From the IMG/VR virus record IMGVR_UViG_3300005987_000004, positions 1 through 41,763 of that record: a stretch of 41,763 nucleotides of DNA. One strand, 5' to 3'. Below the pieces are notes generated by a model. It was not told the origin of the DNA. It was given only the letters and a program-made list of their open reading frames with translations, and ran no database searches. The translations under genes were made by a program, and so were the position numbers. Numbering within the stretch: position 1 is the stretch's first letter; the number at the start of each line of letters is the position of its first letter. Origin of the DNA: a virus. This document shows positions 38,831 to 41,763 of this stretch, in pieces.

Positions 38831-39735
38831 CCTGGGAAGACGACTTCTTCACACTGTTCCGAGGTCGTGGCGACTGCTACGGCTCATGGGAGGGCGGCTG
38901 CATCAAGCAGCCGCTCACCCGCGAACGCTACAAATACCACCTCACCAACGGACCCCACATCGGTGTCTACCCCTGCGTCACCATCAACGGCATCGCCCAA
39001 TGCGTCTGGTCCTGCTCCGACATCGACTACCCCGACCCAGCCGACGCACAGTCGCTCTGTGCCGCACTCCAAGCCTTCGGCTTGACCCCGTGGTTGGAAC
39101 AGACAAGGAAAGGTTGGCATGTGTGGGTGTTCGCCACAGGACTCACACCAGCCTCCGACATGCGAGACATGTTCCTCGTCGCCCACCAAATCATCGAAGT
39201 CCCACCCAAAGAAGTCAACCCCAAACAAACCACCCTCACCGTCGGCCAAGTAGGCAACTACGTCCGACTCCCATACCCAGCAGGATTCGACGCCACCGAT
39301 CGACGTGTCATTGCTGACACAGGCGGGCCACTCGACGTATTCTTGACACCAGAAGACTTCGTCACCCAAGCGATCGCCACCCGTGCGACACCAGCGGAGA
39401 TTGCGGAAGTCGCCAGCTACTACACCCCACCACCCGCACCAGTCCTCGACAACATGCGGGAAGCGTCAGGCGATGTGATGGTAGCAGCCTCGATGCTCAC
39501 CCCGCTGGGGAAAACGATCTACCGAAACGGCCCAGCCGAATGGCGTGATCGCTCCACAGCGGTCACGCATCTCGCACACGAATGCTTCAAAGCAGGGCTG
39601 TCTCCCCAGGACGCTCTGCTCGTCTTACAGGAGGCCGACAGCCGATGGGGCAAGTTCATGCAACGCGGAGCAGCAGGGGAGGCGGAAATTCTCAAGCTCG
39701 TACAACGGGCGTACGGAAGCATTCCGTCTACCTGA
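38827..39735 (+). CDS. Primase-polymerase (AEP-type) candidate
   Basis: HIGVYP...WSCSDIDYPD...GWHVWVF pattern typical of prim-pol / bifunctional primase domains. Confidence 0.65.
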   Translation: MTWEDDFFTLFRGRGDCYGSWEGGCIKQPLTRERYKYHLTNGPHIGVYPCVTINGIAQCVWSCSDIDYPDPADAQSLCAALQAFGLTPWLEQTRKGWHVWVFATGLTPASDMRDMFLVAHQIIEVPPKEVNPKQTTLTVGQVGNYVRLPYPAGFDATDRRVIADTGGPLDVFLTPEDFVTQAIATRATPAEIAEVASYYTPPPAPVLDNMREASGDVMVAASMLTPLGKTIYRNGPAEWRDRSTAVTHLAHECFKAGLSPQDALLVLQEADSRWGKFMQRGAAGEAEILKLVQRAYGSIPST

Positions 39736-40067
39736 CAGGACGCCCGCAACCGAAGGAACGTCCACGGTTCAACCGTGCGACGGGCCGCACCTACACACCC
39801 GCCAAAACCGAAGCAGCCGAGTCACGCATTGCGGAACAGTGGACCCACTCAAAGGGTCCGCTGTTCCCGAAAGACGTCCAGCTGAAAGTTTGGCTCCACT
39901 TCTCCGAAGACGGCGTAGCCGTTGACGTGTCCCCCGCCGAAACGATCGGAAAGATCACGTTGCGCGGTGACATCGACAACTACGTAAAGACCGTGTTGGA
40001 TGGTTTGAACGGGACTGCTTGGGAGGATGACATTCAGGTTGTTGAGGTGACGGCGGTGAAGTCATGA
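39645..40067 (+). CDS. rusA: RusA-like Holliday junction resolvase (start unresolved)
   Basis: YLTGRPQPKERPRF and RGDIDNYVKTVLDGLNG..WEDDIQV. The nearest canonical in-frame start is ATG 39645, a 91-nt overlap with the upstream gene. Confidence 0.7.
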   Translation: MGQVHATRSSRGGGNSQARTTGVRKHSVYLTGRPQPKERPRFNRATGRTYTPAKTEAAESRIAEQWTHSKGPLFPKDVQLKVWLHFSEDGVAVDVSPAETIGKITLRGDIDNYVKTVLDGLNGTAWEDDIQVVEVTAVKS

Positions 40068-40177
40068 GCAACCATGCACGCCGCCGCCAAATCGCCGCCT
40101 ACTGGCTGTACGACGACACGTTCGCCCACCCATTCGCCCGACTCATCCGACTCCTGAAAGCGCAAGGCAAACTGTGA
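40064..40177 (+). CDS. 37-aa basic micro-ORF
   Basis: ATGA and GTGA coupling at its two ends. Confidence 0.4.
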   Translation: MSNHARRRQIAAYWLYDDTFAHPFARLIRLLKAQGKL

Positions 40178-40467
40178 GCTTCACCAACACCCTACTCGAA
40201 CAAGCCAACGCCGAATACCCCCACATCCGCTGGGACGCCTTCCCCCTCCCCGACGACGCCTACGGACTCCACGCCATCCTGCCCGAAGTCCGTGGCTTCA
40301 CACAGTTCAACGGCATCGAAATCGCGGCCGCACGCAACCTGAGCGCACTGATCGACGTTCGCATTCAAGCCCTTGTCCAGCACATGCTTGACGAGGCTGA
40401 CTTGCACAGCGAGTTGTCGGAAACAGTGCTGGCCGAACGGATGGCCGCATCGGTGGCGCTCGCATGA
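40174..40467 (+). CDS. Hypothetical protein
   Basis: ORF track; GTGA coupling. Confidence 0.6.
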   Translation: MSFTNTLLEQANAEYPHIRWDAFPLPDDAYGLHAILPEVRGFTQFNGIEIAAARNLSALIDVRIQALVQHMLDEADLHSELSETVLAERMAASVALA

Positions 40468-40925
40468 CCGAGTTCCACCAGCGGCCCTTCGCACAACGAT
40501 GGGGCCAAATGGGCGACAAAGCCGAAACCAACTTCCTCGAACGCTACCCCAACGCCCACCGCCTCGGCCTCGACCGCACCACACTCAACACCCGCCGCAT
40601 GGGCGCACGCCTCCGCTACACCCCCGACTTCCTCCTCGAAGACGGGGCGTACGAAATCATGGGATTCGCATCCCGAGGCAACAACGTCCTCAAACTCAAG
40701 TGCGAGAAACTCGACGCACTACGCGACTGGTCCATCGTCATCCCCACCTACCTGTGGGTGCGAGACAGCAGCACCAACAACGTGTGGTGCGCAGACGTCG
40801 ACCTATGGTCGACGGCCTGCTACCAGCACGCCGACCGCAAGTTCTTCGACGACAACAACAGGGCCTATTGGGAGCTGCCCAGGGTGGCGTTCCCTGATCT
40901 TCACATCATCAGGGCAGCAGCATGA
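40464..40925 (+). CDS. Possible PD-(D/E)XK-like nuclease
   Basis: GDKAETNF...TPDFLLEDGAYEIMG resembles Hjc/restriction-like cores; weak. Confidence 0.4.
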   Translation: MTEFHQRPFAQRWGQMGDKAETNFLERYPNAHRLGLDRTTLNTRRMGARLRYTPDFLLEDGAYEIMGFASRGNNVLKLKCEKLDALRDWSIVIPTYLWVRDSSTNNVWCADVDLWSTACYQHADRKFFDDNNRAYWELPRVAFPDLHIIRAAA

Positions 40926-41110
40926 GCAAGCAGCTGACCGTTCAGCCAGAGACGATGCGGAGCATCAGACTGCAAGGCGTCAACGACGATGAGTCGAGAC
41001 GCTTCCTGGCCGTCGTGTACGCCTGTTCCTGCCACCAGAAAGACGGTTGGTGGCTCTGCCAGTACCACCAGGGCTTCGACGACGGAGTGGAGGAAGCCCG
41101 TGATACCTGA
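40922..41110 (+). CDS. Small Cys/His protein
   Basis: CSCH...CQYH. ATGA coupling. Confidence 0.55.
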   Translation: MSKQLTVQPETMRSIRLQGVNDDESRRFLAVVYACSCHQKDGWWLCQYHQGFDDGVEEARDT

Positions 41111-41402
41111 TCGTCGGGTCCCGCCCATCACCGAAACCGAATGGCTCATGATGGCCCCAGGCGAAACCCCCGACCTGTCAACCGACCACATGAACGCCGT
41201 GCTCGAAGCCATCGAACAGCTACCCGATGACGAACGAGAAATCCTCGAAGCCTACTTCTACGAACGGGCCTCCTACAGCGAACTTGCCAAACGAACCGAA
41301 CGCAACAAAGCGTACGCCTGGCGCAAAGTCCATCGCATCCTCAACAAACTCGAACCCCAACTCCGCAACAACCCCGTACTCATCGAAAGGTACAAGCTGT
41401 GA
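41100..41402 (+). CDS. Sigma-70 region-4-like HTH protein (start GTG 41100 or ATG 41148)
   Basis: LPDDEREILEAYFYERASYSELAKRTERNKAYAWRKVHRILNKL matches the region 4.2 / ECF-type HTH pattern. Confidence 0.6.
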   Translation: MIPDRRVPPITETEWLMMAPGETPDLSTDHMNAVLEAIEQLPDDEREILEAYFYERASYSELAKRTERNKAYAWRKVHRILNKLEPQLRNNPVLIERYKL

Positions 41403-41707
41403 AGCGAACTTTCCCATCCGAGCCACTCAGCGAGCTGCGATATAAGTTGCTCGGCGAATCGGTTCACCACGCCAATATCACCTACACCCTCCACGAACCG
41501 CCCGCCTGCATCAGCACGACACGATGGGGCATCATCGACCGCATGGTCTTCGAGGCCGAAGAGGGCCGCTTCTATGAGGCGATCTACGAGTTCGGAGCGA
41601 CCGAGATGCAGGACCACGACGACCTGACAGACAACGACTGCCACGACTGTTGGGAAGTGACCCCGCAGCAGGTGACTGTCACGAAGTACGTAAAGGCCAA
41701 CCCGTGA
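41399..41707 (+). CDS. Hypothetical protein, paralogue of 37362-37667
   Basis: GTGA coupling at both ends. Its 3' end lies in the duplicated 100 bp. Confidence 0.65.
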   Translation: MKRTFPSEPLSELRYKLLGESVHHANITYTLHEPPACISTTRWGIIDRMVFEAEEGRFYEAIYEFGATEMQDHDDLTDNDCHDCWEVTPQQVTVTKYVKANP

Positions 41708-41763
41708 CAGCGACAACGACTGACCGACTCACCTGGGAGTCAGCCCTGAGAGGGTACGTCGGC
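41664..41763. repeat. Right copy of 100-bp terminal duplication
   Basis: Identical to 1-100. Contains the 3' end of CDS 41399-41707 and the GTG start (41704, equal to 41) of the next CDS. Confidence 0.95.

Larger units (their letters stand above)
1..41763. mobile_element. Complete high-GC tailed-phage genome (integrase-bearing, podovirus-like late module order), circularly closed with a 100-bp end overlap
   Basis: Full packaging, head, tail and lysis set on the minus strand. Integrase, replication and recombination genes on the plus strand. Bases 1-100 equal 41664-41763, and coupled genes read through the junction. Confidence 0.9.

Overview
The window is one complete high-GC tailed-phage genome of about 41.66 kb. 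Bases 1-100 are identical to 41664-41763, and an operon reads straight through the junction, so the sequence is circularly closed or terminally redundant rather than a chromosomal fragment. There are two arms. The late arm is on the minus strand (23452 down to 1471): small terminase, unknown gene, large terminase, three small Zn/membrane proteins, portal, scaffold, major capsid, adaptor, nozzle-like tail protein, two fibre proteins, three putative internal virion proteins, a 2,404-aa giant ORF and an M15 endolysin. No tape measure, tail tube or chaperone frameshift is present, so the module order is podovirus-like. The early/middle arm is on the plus strand (23910 through the end overlap to about 1487). 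It holds many small tightly coupled ORFs with ATGA/GTGA/TTGA overlaps, an amidoligase plus Ntn-amidotransferase pair, a tyrosine integrase (so probably temperate), an HTH protein, a lipoprotein, a Cas4-like nuclease, a DnaB-like helicase, an Orn-like exonuclease, a primase-polymerase, RusA, a sigma-region-4-like HTH protein and two all-alpha NTP-pyrophosphohydrolase-like proteins. The arms diverge from a 450-bp G/C-tract-rich control region (23453-23909) and converge on a bidirectional terminator (1431-1458). The most interesting items are: (i) the operator-bracketed amidoligase/GATase module with zinc-ribbon arrays (26.6-30.3 kb); (ii) an 18-bp AT-rich palindrome, TTGAAAC-N4-GTTTCAA, present 8 times, once inside the giant ORF; (iii) a rigidly spaced late-strand start-associated motif, GTAACG-N16-ATG, present 7 times; (iv) the giant ORF itself; (v) a Gly-Tyr repeat protein encoded by a 180-bp tandem repeat. 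No tRNA, rRNA or CRISPR array was seen. All family assignments come from motifs read by eye; no database search was run.
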